DNA of 64,000 nucleotides from a virus (IMGVR_UViG_3300030330_006525:1-64000); one strand, 5' to 3'; shown: positions 9,642-19,312, counted from the stretch's first letter. Notes: generated from the letters alone by a model not told the origin. Program-made: numbers and translations.

Positions 9642-9927
9642 TGGAGGTGGCGGGAGTCGAACCCGCGTCCAGAATCTTTCAAATAGCACGTCATTCACAA
9701 GGTTAGTTAGTTTTAGGCTCTAACAAGCACACACAATAAAAGACAAAAGTTTTGCAACTTTGGGTTTCAAGGTTGTTGCCACCCCGAGATAATTAAGCAG
9801 CTTGTGCGAAGTTATCTAGTTCAACGTCATTATTTGCGTTTATAATTTTGAGTATTTTTACTGTGGCCATACTCACACAGCCTTGCACGCAGTATCATCC
9901 TTACCCTGTCGAAACCAAGTCACCCCC
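9642..9927 (-). ncRNA. ssrA: tmRNA (one-piece, compact ~286 nt), tag ANNDVELDNFAQAA* at 9837-9793
   Basis: 5' GGGGGTGACTTGGTTTCGAC; 3' GCGGGTTCGACTCCCGCCACCTCCA; G3:U acceptor pair; resume codon GCA and tag ending AA-stop. Confidence 0.95.
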
Positions 9928-9995
9928 TAATCACAGCAGTTTTCACATTCACATGTACAACACTTACAGCACTTACAGTTATTTGAATTAGACAT
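9927..9995 (-). CDS. 22-aa Cys-rich micropeptide (metallothionein-like) MSNSNNCKCCKCCTCECENCCD
   Basis: Read by hand; AGGAGG RBS upstream of ATG; 9 Cys; the stop codon overlaps tmRNA nucleotide 1. Confidence 0.7.
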   Translation of the reverse strand: MSNSNNCKCCKCCTCECENCCD

Positions 9996-10015
9996 AATAT
10001 TACCTCCTAAATAAA

Positions 10016-10783
10016 CTACCATTCTGTGTCTACTAATATATTTAGTTTGTTATAATAGAATAAATCAAAAGTATCTGTATAATGTTTGACTTGATATATT
10101 CTATTAGGAATATTAGTCTTCCTTAATTCTCTTCTAATACCATAATCGTTTCCACCTTCCCAAGTTTTATCACCAATAAAATGAATTTCTGACATATCTA
10201 ATTCTAAACCAATAAGGTGTTTTACAATTTGACCCTTATCTCTACCAACTGGAATAATATCGATACTTATTGAACCACCAACTGTAGCTGATAAACCTGG
10301 ATAGTTTTTGTTAATAAAATTTACTATTTCTTTTCTTTCGTTTTTAACTTCATCCCATTTACTATATTCTATTCTTTCAAATCTATCAGCGTTTCTACCA
10401 ACAACACTGAAATTTATCATGCCTATTCTTTCTTCTATATGATTACCAGTCTTCTTGTTATATTTTGTATTATCAATAAAATTCTGCAGATCTTGTTTTA
10501 AACTTTCATGAAATGGAAAATTAACTCTATAAATTGTTTCTAGTTTGTTTGAGAGTAGATGGTTTCCCATGCAACAAAAAACACCTTTTGTTAAAGATAA
10601 GATATCTTCAGGGACCTGTTCTTTTAGCTTATTAATATCAGAACCAGTTGCAAGAAAAACATTTTTATCTTGACACCAGTCTTTAAAGTGATAATGCATA
10701 TTATCTGTCATTTTTTGTCTTGGCATTGTGAGTGTACCATCAACATCAAATATATAGACTTTACCGGGATTTATCGAAATCAT
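10016..10783 (-). CDS. eukaryote-type phosphomannomutase (HAD-IIB)
   Basis: FDVDGTLT, IEERIGMINFSVVGRNA, GGSISIDI, GDKTWEGGNDY. Confidence 0.88.
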   Translation of the reverse strand: MISINPGKVYIFDVDGTLTMPRQKMTDNMHYHFKDWCQDKNVFLATGSDINKLKEQVPEDILSLTKGVFCCMGNHLLSNKLETIYRVNFPFHESLKQDLQNFIDNTKYNKKTGNHIEERIGMINFSVVGRNADRFERIEYSKWDEVKNERKEIVNFINKNYPGLSATVGGSISIDIIPVGRDKGQIVKHLIGLELDMSEIHFIGDKTWEGGNDYGIRRELRKTNIPNRIYQVKHYTDTFDLFYYNKLNILVDTEW

Positions 10784-11120
10784 GACTATTATCCTTAATT
10801 AAATTAAATTTTTTTATTTGCTTTCTTAGATTTGATTTATCCATATTTAGGATTTCAGCTGCTTGAGCATAAGATTGACTAGTAGATAGTGCAAAGTTAA
10901 GTATAGCATATTTTATGATTTTGTCTATACTATTAAATATAGGTAATCCAAAAAACTTACCATTTAGAGACTTAGCAGTGACTTCTAATTTAGCTGTTAT
11001 AAGATCTTCTAAAGTTAATCTAGATATTATATTCTCAAATTCTTTATTTATTATTTTTTCTTCTTTAAGTTTCTCTAAGTGAGAATAGTAGAAATTTTTA
11101 CCTTTTTTCCTATCACTCAC
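10761..11120 (-). CDS. protein with C-terminal Fis-type HTH
   Basis: YAQAAEILNMDKSNLRKQIKKF. Confidence 0.7.
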   Translation of the reverse strand: MSDRKKGKNFYYSHLEKLKEEKIINKEFENIISRLTLEDLITAKLEVTAKSLNGKFFGLPIFNSIDKIIKYAILNFALSTSQSYAQAAEILNMDKSNLRKQIKKFNLIKDNSHDFDKSR

Positions 11121-11281
11121 TTCGAAACTACCTTACCCAACCACCTCAACTAAAATATCATATCTTAAATAAGAAATAAAATTTAATTGATTTATATCAT
11201 TGCGATTCCATCGCTTCTTCATAAACAACATGAAGAACATATCATGAATTTATCTCAAAAACAATAGAAATATTTTTATTT

Positions 11282-12127
11282 TCAAATTTCAGTTTCTTCA
11301 TCTCCGGCCAAATCAAAGCCTAAATCCTCATCACCCGGTAAATCATCGGCTTCGGCAGCGTTCGGATCATAATCAGGAGACTCAGGTTCTTGCAAATTTG
11401 CTGGATTTTCCAACTCCGATTCAAACTGGTCCATATATAATTTTGTGTTTGTTAGAGCATAATCTCTAAATTCTTCTCGGTCTTTTTCATCCATGCCGGC
11501 AAAATGCTTAATTATTGTAGACTCTACATCTTCGAAAGCCTCAAGTGCATTTTTGGAGCCTTTCTTATCAACATCAGAAATTTCAACATCTCTTGGGTCA
11601 TCATCGATTGTTGTTTTTTCTTCTTCTTCTGAAGAACCTGTGACGTCTGGTACGTCAATGAACTTTGACATGTCATTCAAACCATCGTCCTCAATATCGA
11701 TTTCAACTTCTTCAGTTAAGGACATATCTTTGAGGTCTGCTGCCGATTCTACATCTTGTCCAGCATCTTCTCTATTTGCGATTTGAATCATAAGTCGATT
11801 AATTAAATTAAGGAACATTTTTCTAAATGATTTTCTTTGCTCTTCATTTGAGGTTAATTGTTTATAGCTTGAACGAATAACCTGAAGATAATTTGTATTC
11901 TTAAACATGTCGGCTAGTGCATTAATTCCTGTAGAATCATAAGGATTATCAGCAGGGTCTTCAGCAGCTACTTCCACAATTAATTCACTTAAAAGTTCTC
12001 TGAACTTTCTTTCTTCAAGCCATGCTTCTTTTGCTTTGGTAAAGCGCTTTGATTTAGCTATTCGAATCATCTTCTGTATTGATTCTCTAAGTTCTAGTTC
12101 TTCAATAAATTCAGACCTGTCAATCAT
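11282..12127 (-). CDS. acidic hypothetical protein, probably virion/head associated
   Basis: 281 aa, acidic linkers, several L/I-x-E sites. Confidence 0.7.
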   Translation of the reverse strand: MIDRSEFIEELELRESIQKMIRIAKSKRFTKAKEAWLEERKFRELLSELIVEVAAEDPADNPYDSTGINALADMFKNTNYLQVIRSSYKQLTSNEEQRKSFRKMFLNLINRLMIQIANREDAGQDVESAADLKDMSLTEEVEIDIEDDGLNDMSKFIDVPDVTGSSEEEEKTTIDDDPRDVEISDVDKKGSKNALEAFEDVESTIIKHFAGMDEKDREEFRDYALTNTKLYMDQFESELENPANLQEPESPDYDPNAAEADDLPGDEDLGFDLAGDEETEI

Positions 12128-14202
12128 TTTTTGTTCCTCTTTTTCTTATAATTAGTTTTCTTTTTAGGTTTAGCAAAGGCGTTTCCTGCAAAACCTTCTA
12201 CACTTCCAATGGCTACAGCACTCATTTCTTCAAGATCTTGTTCTTCTTTCGCTAAAAACGCATTTGATTTTGTATAATTTGGTTCTTGATTGTATGGAGC
12301 ACCAAACTTAGTCAAATCTTTTCGACCGGTTTTTGTCAGGCGACTGTAAGTATCTTTTAATCTTTTCTTTGCTTTACTCATATAATTTTCTTCCAATGCT
12401 TCCTCAACCAAAGAATATAAAGAATTAAAAGATGTAGTTTCTTTTAGTTGTTCAGAATTTATTAAATTCAAAACTTCTTCTTCTGTAACATTATTTGGAA
12501 TCCATGGCATAATCGATTTACCATCTTCAATAGCTGACCGAAAATTAGTTGCGCTAATATCACCTAAAGCAGGAATTACAAAGTCTTTCATTGGTGCAGC
12601 ATATACACCCTCTTCACAATCATTTTCATCACAATAATATTCAAAATTATTAAATCGTGTCCAATCTGGCATTTCTGTTTTAGGGTCAGGTTTATCACTA
12701 GCAACAGGAATAATTAAATCACCTTCTTCTGCTTTGAATTGTGACACTTTTCCTTCCAGAACATTGAACACAGCTTCAACCGGCGAGCGAACTGGAGCGA
12801 TTATCACCTCAGTTTCTTCGTCCAATCCAGCTTTTTTGAGATATAAATCAAATATTTTCTTTGCAGTATCTGCATCAATAATGTTTCCGTTTTCTAGTCG
12901 CTTACTTCCGGAAGAAACCATAACAACAACTTTTTCGGCACCATTTAATTTTATGCTTTGTTCAACCATATATAAGTGGCCGATATGAGGAGGTTTAAAT
13001 TTTCCAGGATATATCGCAACTTTTCTATGATAATGAAAGGCATCAGTTTTGTGTTCATCTAAGGATTCTCTAAAACTAGTCTGCATTCCTTTTAAAATAA
13101 AATCACCAGTAATCTTAACTGGAACATTAGCTATTTTACTATTTCTCAAGACAATACCTTCATGTCTTGTCATATCGCCCATTTCCGATGTCAAGCCATT
13201 AAGTATATCTTGACCTAAAAGCTTAGTTGCGTGATAAATAACAACACCATCAACAGCCGCAAAAAGGTTGTTTCTTTCTGGTTCTAAAAAAGTATCCAAA
13301 GATTCTCCATTTAAAACCTTCATATAAGTTTCTTTGTTTAATGCTTCGTTTTTTCTTTTGTCTTGAAAAATAATATTTTGACCTTTTGGATTCTTTGCAT
13401 CTTTCAACCATTGTTGGAGTTTTTGTGTTTTTGGCTCTTCATCCTGAAATAGTTGAATTGATAGGTCGCTGTTTAAACTATCTTCAAAAGATATGTTTGT
13501 GCCTTCTTTTGCAAAAGCTGGCACCTTTGTATAGACTTTAAAATCAAATTTGCTAGAGATTTTGCTAATTTTTTTAGCCATTGAATCGATAACGCTTTGC
13601 ATATCTTTTTCATATTCGACTTCTGCACTTGGTGTTTTCACACCTTCAGGTTTATCTAGTCCTGGTCTTGAGATTCCTGTTCTGGTGTTAGTCTTTTCAT
13701 AAAACTGGTTAACACCATGAATAGCTAAAAAATTATCATCATACTCTTGTACATTTGTTTTTTTAGAAACAAATTCTGTATTTAAAAATCGTGTTGGATC
13801 ATCATATAATCCCAAAGCTATTAACTCTTTTTTGATTGAAGGTAATGCAGTATTTAACATATCTAACATTAAGGTGCCTGCTTTAACCATCCCATGTTCT
13901 TTTTGTTTGCCTGTTATTCTATCAACCTTGTCAGGAAATCTATCTTTTAGTTTATCTGCAGTCACACCATCAATATCAATTTGCATGGTGGATCCACGGT
14001 CTAGTGCAAATTGTTTATTGTCACCTTCACCTACGATTTTAATGCTTAAGTTTGCGCCATCAATTTTTACAACAGCGTCATCCAAAACTGTTTGAGCATC
14101 TTGAAAAAATTTTAATAAATCTAATCCACTTTTAACATTTGGGAGATCGAAAGGATGCGCCATATGGCCGGCAGCGCCACCTTCATTCAGGTGTTTTTTC
14201 AT
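12124..14202 (-). CDS. fusion of an N-terminal ATP-dependent ligase-like domain and a C-terminal HIGH-type nucleotidyltransferase
   Basis: GGAAGHMAHPFD, KIDG (KxDG), HEGIV, VK; GKFKPPHIGH and ISAT. Confidence 0.7.
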   Translation of the reverse strand: MKKHLNEGGAAGHMAHPFDLPNVKSGLDLLKFFQDAQTVLDDAVVKIDGANLSIKIVGEGDNKQFALDRGSTMQIDIDGVTADKLKDRFPDKVDRITGKQKEHGMVKAGTLMLDMLNTALPSIKKELIALGLYDDPTRFLNTEFVSKKTNVQEYDDNFLAIHGVNQFYEKTNTRTGISRPGLDKPEGVKTPSAEVEYEKDMQSVIDSMAKKISKISSKFDFKVYTKVPAFAKEGTNISFEDSLNSDLSIQLFQDEEPKTQKLQQWLKDAKNPKGQNIIFQDKRKNEALNKETYMKVLNGESLDTFLEPERNNLFAAVDGVVIYHATKLLGQDILNGLTSEMGDMTRHEGIVLRNSKIANVPVKITGDFILKGMQTSFRESLDEHKTDAFHYHRKVAIYPGKFKPPHIGHLYMVEQSIKLNGAEKVVVMVSSGSKRLENGNIIDADTAKKIFDLYLKKAGLDEETEVIIAPVRSPVEAVFNVLEGKVSQFKAEEGDLIIPVASDKPDPKTEMPDWTRFNNFEYYCDENDCEEGVYAAPMKDFVIPALGDISATNFRSAIEDGKSIMPWIPNNVTEEEVLNLINSEQLKETTSFNSLYSLVEEALEENYMSKAKKRLKDTYSRLTKTGRKDLTKFGAPYNQEPNYTKSNAFLAKEEQDLEEMSAVAIGSVEGFAGNAFAKPKKKTNYKKKRNKK

Positions 14203-14470
14203 TATTACTATCCTCTTTTAAGACTGTTAGCTCTTCTTCTAGTAAACTAACCTTTTGTTCTAACCTACGAACGCGAGAATTGACTTCTCTAAGGTGTTCT
14301 TTAGCCACTTGAAGCCGGTGCATGTCTCTTTTTGTTGCAGGGCTTAGAGAGCCTATAATTTCTGATAATGATTGTAAATAAGCTTTGATAGTAGTATCCT
14401 TGCTTTCACCCAGCATGAACTTTTTTGTTAAGTTGTTTAATTCTTTATAATTCATTTCTTTTTTGTCCAA
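14183..14470 (-). CDS. coiled-coil hypothetical protein
   Basis: 95-aa ORF overlapping neighbours. Confidence 0.65.
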   Translation of the reverse strand: MDKKEMNYKELNNLTKKFMLGESKDTTIKAYLQSLSEIIGSLSPATKRDMHRLQVAKEHLREVNSRVRRLEQKVSLLEEELTVLKEDSNNEKTPE

Positions 14471-14991
14471 GTTTTCTTAAGTTTGTCAAAAAGTTTCTGA
14501 TTTCTATTGCCAAAACGCTTTTCGTACAAATCGTTTTCTTTCTCTGGGGTATTGATTTTATCATCATTGTTGTCGTTTGACATTTCTATCTCCTCGTTTA
14601 GTTTGATTTTAGTAGCATGTTTGAGACCATCTTCCCAGTCTCTAAACATCATATTACCATTTAAGTAAGCTTCTTTTTCCATATTTCTCATATGTTTATC
14701 TTTTTGTGCGTAGTCTGTTCCAAAATAACCAACGTTATCAAACTCGCCTCTTAAGTTTTGCAAATGGTGTATAAACTCATGAGCGATAGACCTTAAAATA
14801 TCTTTTGGATGTCGGGAAGAAATATATACAGTTATCTGAGACGACCCCGGGTCATAAAAAGCGGTTTTACCCAGGAAATTACGCGCATTGGTTTCATCTT
14901 GTTGAAAATTAACAATTGGAGGGGTATCTAAGGAATGTTTCTGACAACAGTAATTCAGCATATCATCAGATAAATTTTTTAAGTTTTGCAT
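14452..14991 (-). CDS. putative zinc metallopeptidase
   Basis: HEFIHHLQ (HExxH) plus downstream EKEA. Confidence 0.7.
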   Translation of the reverse strand: MQNLKNLSDDMLNYCCQKHSLDTPPIVNFQQDETNARNFLGKTAFYDPGSSQITVYISSRHPKDILRSIAHEFIHHLQNLRGEFDNVGYFGTDYAQKDKHMRNMEKEAYLNGNMMFRDWEDGLKHATKIKLNEEIEMSNDNNDDKINTPEKENDLYEKRFGNRNQKLFDKLKKTWTKKK

Positions 14992-15045
14992 ATTGTAAAT
15001 AACCTGTTATTTTTATTAATTAGTTGCAGATTATTTATAAAGTAT

Positions 15046-16050
15046 CTAGATTACATATTTAGATCTAGAGAACGTTGTTTCTATCTCTGGATTAACTTCT
15101 TTTGCTTTTGTAGATATCCAATATTGAAAATCATCACTATTCTTAAATTCATACATTATATCTTCGTTATAAAGAGTCCAAGATTCTAATTCATCTAAGA
15201 TATCTGTCTTATTTAATATTAATTTATTAACACCATTAATACGGATAGCCATCTTCAATAAGTCAAAATCCATCCAATTAATTTGTCGTGGCCGGCCGGT
15301 TGTAGAGCCATACTCTTCACCTTTAGAACGAATTAAATCAAAAATTGGGTCATCACCTTCAAATTCTTTTGCACCAACATAAGTTTCATATACTTTTGCT
15401 ACGCCATAAATATCACGTATACACTTTGGAGGTACACCATTTAAGATTGCTGACCCAACTGTGCAATGTGAAGAGGTCACATAAGGATAATCTCCCCAAT
15501 CAATATCTAATCCAAAACCTTGAGCACCTTCGAATAATATCTCGACTTTATCTGGATTTGAATCTTCATAAAGTTCATAATACATATCAACTAAGAAAGG
15601 TTCTAATTCTGGCACGTCGCATGCTCTTATGCCTCTTCTTGCATATTTATCGCGATAAGCTGGTCCGTTGCCTCTCTTCGTTGTTCCAATCTCTTCATCT
15701 TTGCCATCTTGAGCCATATGAAAATCCGTAATTACATGAGCGTTTTCAGCAATTTTTACTAAAGACCTTGCATGAATTCCATTCATTTCTAAATTTTCAA
15801 TCTCTTCCATAAATTTTTGTGGATTAATTACACAACCCGGGCCTATAATAGATTTAATTCCATAGAAGACTCCACATGGAATATGGTGTGTAATGAATTT
15901 TTTACCACTATGAAATATTGTGTGACCAGCATTGCAGCCACCATTATAGCGAATAACATGAGTATAATTATTATTATTTAATAAATGATGGGCAACTTTG
16001 CCCTTTCCACAATCTCCGTATTGAAGATCCACAACAACATCAGCAATCAT
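15046..16050 (-). CDS. purA: adenylosuccinate synthetase (short form)
   Basis: QYGDCGKGK, GGCNAGHT, IGTTKRG, EGAQG, DWGDYPYVTSS, GSTTGRPR. Confidence 0.95.
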   Translation of the reverse strand: MIADVVVDLQYGDCGKGKVAHHLLNNNNYTHVIRYNGGCNAGHTIFHSGKKFITHHIPCGVFYGIKSIIGPGCVINPQKFMEEIENLEMNGIHARSLVKIAENAHVITDFHMAQDGKDEEIGTTKRGNGPAYRDKYARRGIRACDVPELEPFLVDMYYELYEDSNPDKVEILFEGAQGFGLDIDWGDYPYVTSSHCTVGSAILNGVPPKCIRDIYGVAKVYETYVGAKEFEGDDPIFDLIRSKGEEYGSTTGRPRQINWMDFDLLKMAIRINGVNKLILNKTDILDELESWTLYNEDIMYEFKNSDDFQYWISTKAKEVNPEIETTFSRSKYVI

Positions 16051-16053
16051 AGT

Positions 16054-16320
16054 TTATCCTTTCTTTTTGTATTGCTCTGTTAGTTTACCATTTTCATGCA
16101 GAAAAATAAAGTCTGGATCGGATAAAGGTTTAAGATTTCTTAATATTAACCAGCAGTTTAAATAATCTGCAGCTAACTCAACTGATTCTTCTTGATTAAG
16201 TAAATTTAAAAAGGTTTCTTGTTCTGTTTCGGATGCAGGTTCTACTTCATTTTTACCAACACCAAAAAAATGACGAATAACTTCTTCAGCTCCAATCGAT
16301 TGATAATCGCTATTCTTCAT
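16054..16320 (-). CDS. hypothetical protein
   Basis: 88-aa ORF in operon. Confidence 0.6.
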   Translation of the reverse strand: MKNSDYQSIGAEEVIRHFFGVGKNEVEPASETEQETFLNLLNQEESVELAADYLNCWLILRNLKPLSDPDFIFLHENGKLTEQYKKKG

Positions 16321-16684
16321 TTTGTGAGAATTTTTTTCTGGCCTTGTTAGGATTTTTTGCTATTAATTTTATATCTTCTTTCATTTCTGTCATTGTAGCT
16401 CCAGATTTGATTAGTTTTTTTTGTAAATCATTTATTTTAGTGTGTAAATTTAACACCTCTTCGCGCTGTAATTTAGCTAACTCATGACAAAAAACGTTAA
16501 GTTCTTTCATTTGGGTATGGTTATCAATCTTGCTTACAGCAATAGATTCGCTTAATTTATCCTCTACTAAACTAATATCTTTTTTTGATTCTTCTATGTT
16601 AGTTTTTTTATTTAAAACTTTCATAAACACGATACTTTGAATAATTATAATCGCCATGAAAGCTAAATCAAAATAATCCATCAC
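16310..16684 (-). CDS. membrane-anchored coiled-coil protein
   Basis: N-terminal TM helix and heptads. Confidence 0.65.
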   Translation of the reverse strand: MMDYFDLAFMAIIIIQSIVFMKVLNKKTNIEESKKDISLVEDKLSESIAVSKIDNHTQMKELNVFCHELAKLQREEVLNLHTKINDLQKKLIKSGATMTEMKEDIKLIAKNPNKARKKFSQNEE

Positions 16685-16962
16685 TCCTCCTCTTCGCTTT
16701 CAGTTTCCCATGGAACTTCATGATCATATCCAGTTTCACTATATTTAATTTTTTTAAGAAACTCTTTTTCATCACTAAATTCATCATCTTCTAAGCCCTT
16801 AACATATTGGTCTATTTCTTCATTGACGTCATCAACGTTTGCATAGAGGGCTTTTAAGTATTTTTTAGCCATAGGAATGCTATCAGAACAACCTTCTTTT
16901 TCTTTCTTTTTACCTTTTTTAGTAGTTTTATAAACACACTTTCCAAAACGTTTAAATGGCAT
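16681..16962 (-). CDS. hypothetical phage protein (basic N-terminus, acidic C-terminus)
   Basis: GKCVYK..KEGCS..LKALYAN. Confidence 0.65.
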   Translation of the reverse strand: MPFKRFGKCVYKTTKKGKKKEKEGCSDSIPMAKKYLKALYANVDDVNEEIDQYVKGLEDDEFSDEKEFLKKIKYSETGYDHEVPWETESEEEE

Positions 16963-16964
16963 AA

Positions 16965-17306
16965 TTAATTATCCTTTTCAAATGGGACACCATATCCCTC
17001 TTTAATTAGTGTTTTACTTGCATCAACACCATCAATCAACACTTGCCCAATGCACCGCCCGTACTTATCAAAACCTTCAGAGACTAATTTAAAAAACCCT
17101 TCTGATTTATAAAATAGTTCTGTTAGTCTTTCTTTAGCTGCTATAGCTTTTTGTCGTTCATTGATATTTGAAGACCTTAATTCTGGGGTATCAATATTAG
17201 ATAATCTTATTCTTTTAATAACAGAAATCTGGAAGCCTAAATATATTCTTGCGTCAATGGTGTCTCCATCTACGACTTTCATTAGTTTTGCTTTGTACTC
17301 TCTCAC
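16965..17306 (-). CDS. thermonuclease (SNase-like)
   Basis: VVDGDTID, IRLSNIDTPE, DKYGRC. Confidence 0.92.
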   Translation of the reverse strand: MREYKAKLMKVVDGDTIDARIYLGFQISVIKRIRLSNIDTPELRSSNINERQKAIAAKERLTELFYKSEGFFKLVSEGFDKYGRCIGQVLIDGVDASKTLIKEGYGVPFEKDN

Positions 17307-17324
17307 TCATAGGCCCTCTTTGTA

Positions 17325-18116
17325 TCATTCTCCTCTCTCTACTTTCAAGTTAATTAGCTTTTTACTACTACCAATAGACATCATTTTATCATATGATAAA
17401 TTTCTATAGGTTGATAGTCTTTCTAAATATCCGTGATTTCTCAAAGCTTTAAAGGCAAGGTTTTCTATGGAATATATTCCTTCGCTTTCGAGCCCAGTTC
17501 TTCGTAAGTTTTTAACCTTTTCGGACAATTTTATGGCAAAAGCATATGCATCTCTATACTCTTTGTCTCTGTAAATTTTTTGCATATACTCTATATCTTT
17601 TGCTATTCCTTCCGCTTTCTGTTGAATTTCCTGTTCTTTTATCTCAAATTCTTCTCTTTTTGGAAACTTTATCCACTCATCTTTCATAAGCGAATACATA
17701 CCACTAGCAACATGTTCTTCGTTTGTATCTTGAACATAGATTTCTACTTCATGGCCAGCAACTAAAATATCGTGAGTTTTGTTCCAAAGTGACCTTTTTG
17801 CATCAAAAAAGCCTTTTGTTATCTCTTCTTTGCCGTTAACTTTGGTAAAATCTACCAAAATGTGCAAATCTATATCAGAAAGTGTGTGCCAATTATATCC
17901 AGCGCTGGAACCAGTAATAATGATATCATCGATTTCTGCACTAACATTTAATTTATCGAAGAAATCTCTTGCAATTTTTATTAGTTTTTCTTTGATTTGA
18001 TAATCGATTTTTTCATCTTTCCATAAATTTGGCTCTAAATTATTCTGAATCTTAAATTTAGAAAAATCAATATCTATTTCTCTCAAAAAATTTTTAAAGT
18101 TTTCATAAAGTTTCAT
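17325..18116 (-). CDS. Pol-beta-superfamily nucleotidyltransferase-like protein with MKLYENFKNFLRE leader
   Basis: TGS..YNW..SDIDLH, VEIYVQD. Confidence 0.75.
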   Translation of the reverse strand: MKLYENFKNFLREIDIDFSKFKIQNNLEPNLWKDEKIDYQIKEKLIKIARDFFDKLNVSAEIDDIIITGSSAGYNWHTLSDIDLHILVDFTKVNGKEEITKGFFDAKRSLWNKTHDILVAGHEVEIYVQDTNEEHVASGMYSLMKDEWIKFPKREEFEIKEQEIQQKAEGIAKDIEYMQKIYRDKEYRDAYAFAIKLSEKVKNLRRTGLESEGIYSIENLAFKALRNHGYLERLSTYRNLSYDKMMSIGSSKKLINLKVERGE

Positions 18117-18276
18117 AGTTTAATTAGTTTAAATGTCTATTATAATAACTGATTTCTTTTTTTGTTTGTCTTCTTTCTTTTTCCTAACCGGCGGAGGGGG
18201 TGGAGGTGCAGGAATCCTGAGAGGTTCTGGAGTTATATCCTTAGAACTTCTATCTTTTATAATTAAATCGTCTATA

Positions 18277-18624
18277 TCACTCAATTGGACCATCGTATGA
18301 ATCTGCTAACAGCACACCCTTGCCCCATATTTCAACATAAGGACAATCAGATTTTTCTGCAAATTTATTTAACATCTCTCTAGCTTTTTCGAAAGTTGCT
18401 GTCTGTATAATCAACACGCGATCCAACAAACACATTCCGCTGTTAACGTTTAATTCTGGTATTTGTCTGATAGTTTCTAAGTATTCATAAGGATTATGTA
18501 CAACTAAAGCTACATCTTTTTTGAAATACACTTTCATATATAAACTTACTAATTCATCTAATTTTGTTGGATATAAAAGATAATCAGTTTTCCCAGATTT
18601 TAATACTTCTTCAGCTTCTGACAC
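18277..18624 (-). CDS. hypothetical protein
   Basis: 115-aa ORF. Confidence 0.6.
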   Translation of the reverse strand: MSEAEEVLKSGKTDYLLYPTKLDELVSLYMKVYFKKDVALVVHNPYEYLETIRQIPELNVNSGMCLLDRVLIIQTATFEKAREMLNKFAEKSDCPYVEIWGKGVLLADSYDGPIE

Positions 18625-18635
18625 GTTTTGTTCCT

Positions 18636-19124
18636 TTATTTTGAATGTCGGTCTGCCACAGTTTGGCTAGCCCAAGCATTTGGCTTAACTTTGCAATGAA
18701 AACCGGCGCCTTGTACATATCCTTTTAACATAACAGATAATTTTGAAGTAGAGTTATTCTTTTCGAAGGGTGATACATCCAAGTGAAGCTCAATATTTTT
18801 AGGGTCTAAATTACATTCATCTAAAATACTTTCTGCTAGCTCCACAGACCTCCTAACTTCTTCAGTTATTCTAACAGCTAGCTGTTGATATTTGTTCGGT
18901 TTTTCAAATTCTTTGTAAAAAAAATAACGTCCACCTATTTCTCTGGAATGTAAACAAACAACTGTTGCAAAACAAACATTTCCTTTACTCCTAAAAGAAT
19001 CGGTGCCAACATAAACTTTAGCACCTTTGGAAGTGTTTTCTGTTATTATATTTTTTATCTCAGAAAAAGAGATGTTCTTTTGCTTGCCGGAATTCCAATT
19101 TTTTTCTTCAAAAATCATTGTCAC
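18636..19124 (-). CDS. RNase H-like YkuK family protein
   Basis: YVGTDS, EVRRS, ELHLDV, KPNAWAS..AD. Confidence 0.85.
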   Translation of the reverse strand: MTMIFEEKNWNSGKQKNISFSEIKNIITENTSKGAKVYVGTDSFRSKGNVCFATVVCLHSREIGGRYFFYKEFEKPNKYQQLAVRITEEVRRSVELAESILDECNLDPKNIELHLDVSPFEKNNSTSKLSVMLKGYVQGAGFHCKVKPNAWASQTVADRHSK

Positions 19125-19311
19125 TCAAATAATCTGATACCATCGGTGGTATAAAGTTTGGATCTAAATCATATTCTTCTATAATTTTTGTCATAATTTT
19201 ATTGACAATTTCAATATAATGTTCTTCACTAATACTTTCTTTAATTTCGCCTAAATTTCTTATACTTTCATCTATGGTGAGTTTATCAAAATGTATGCAA
19301 ATTAAGCACAT
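19108..19311 (-). CDS. hypothetical protein
   Basis: MCLIC start, 67 aa. Confidence 0.6.
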   Translation of the reverse strand: MCLICIHFDKLTIDESIRNLGEIKESISEEHYIEIVNKIMTKIIEEYDLDPNFIPPMVSDYLSDNDF

Positions 19312-19312
19312 T

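Noticed and set aside
9642-9927. Prophage attachment site at tmRNA or the tRNAs
   Set aside because: No integrase and no duplicated 3' fragment seen; both flanks look like phage genes
15046-16050. PurZ (2-aminoadenine genome)
   Set aside because: The catalytic Asp of PurA is retained (GDCGKG), not the Ser typical of PurZ; no DatZ/MazZ neighbours recognised
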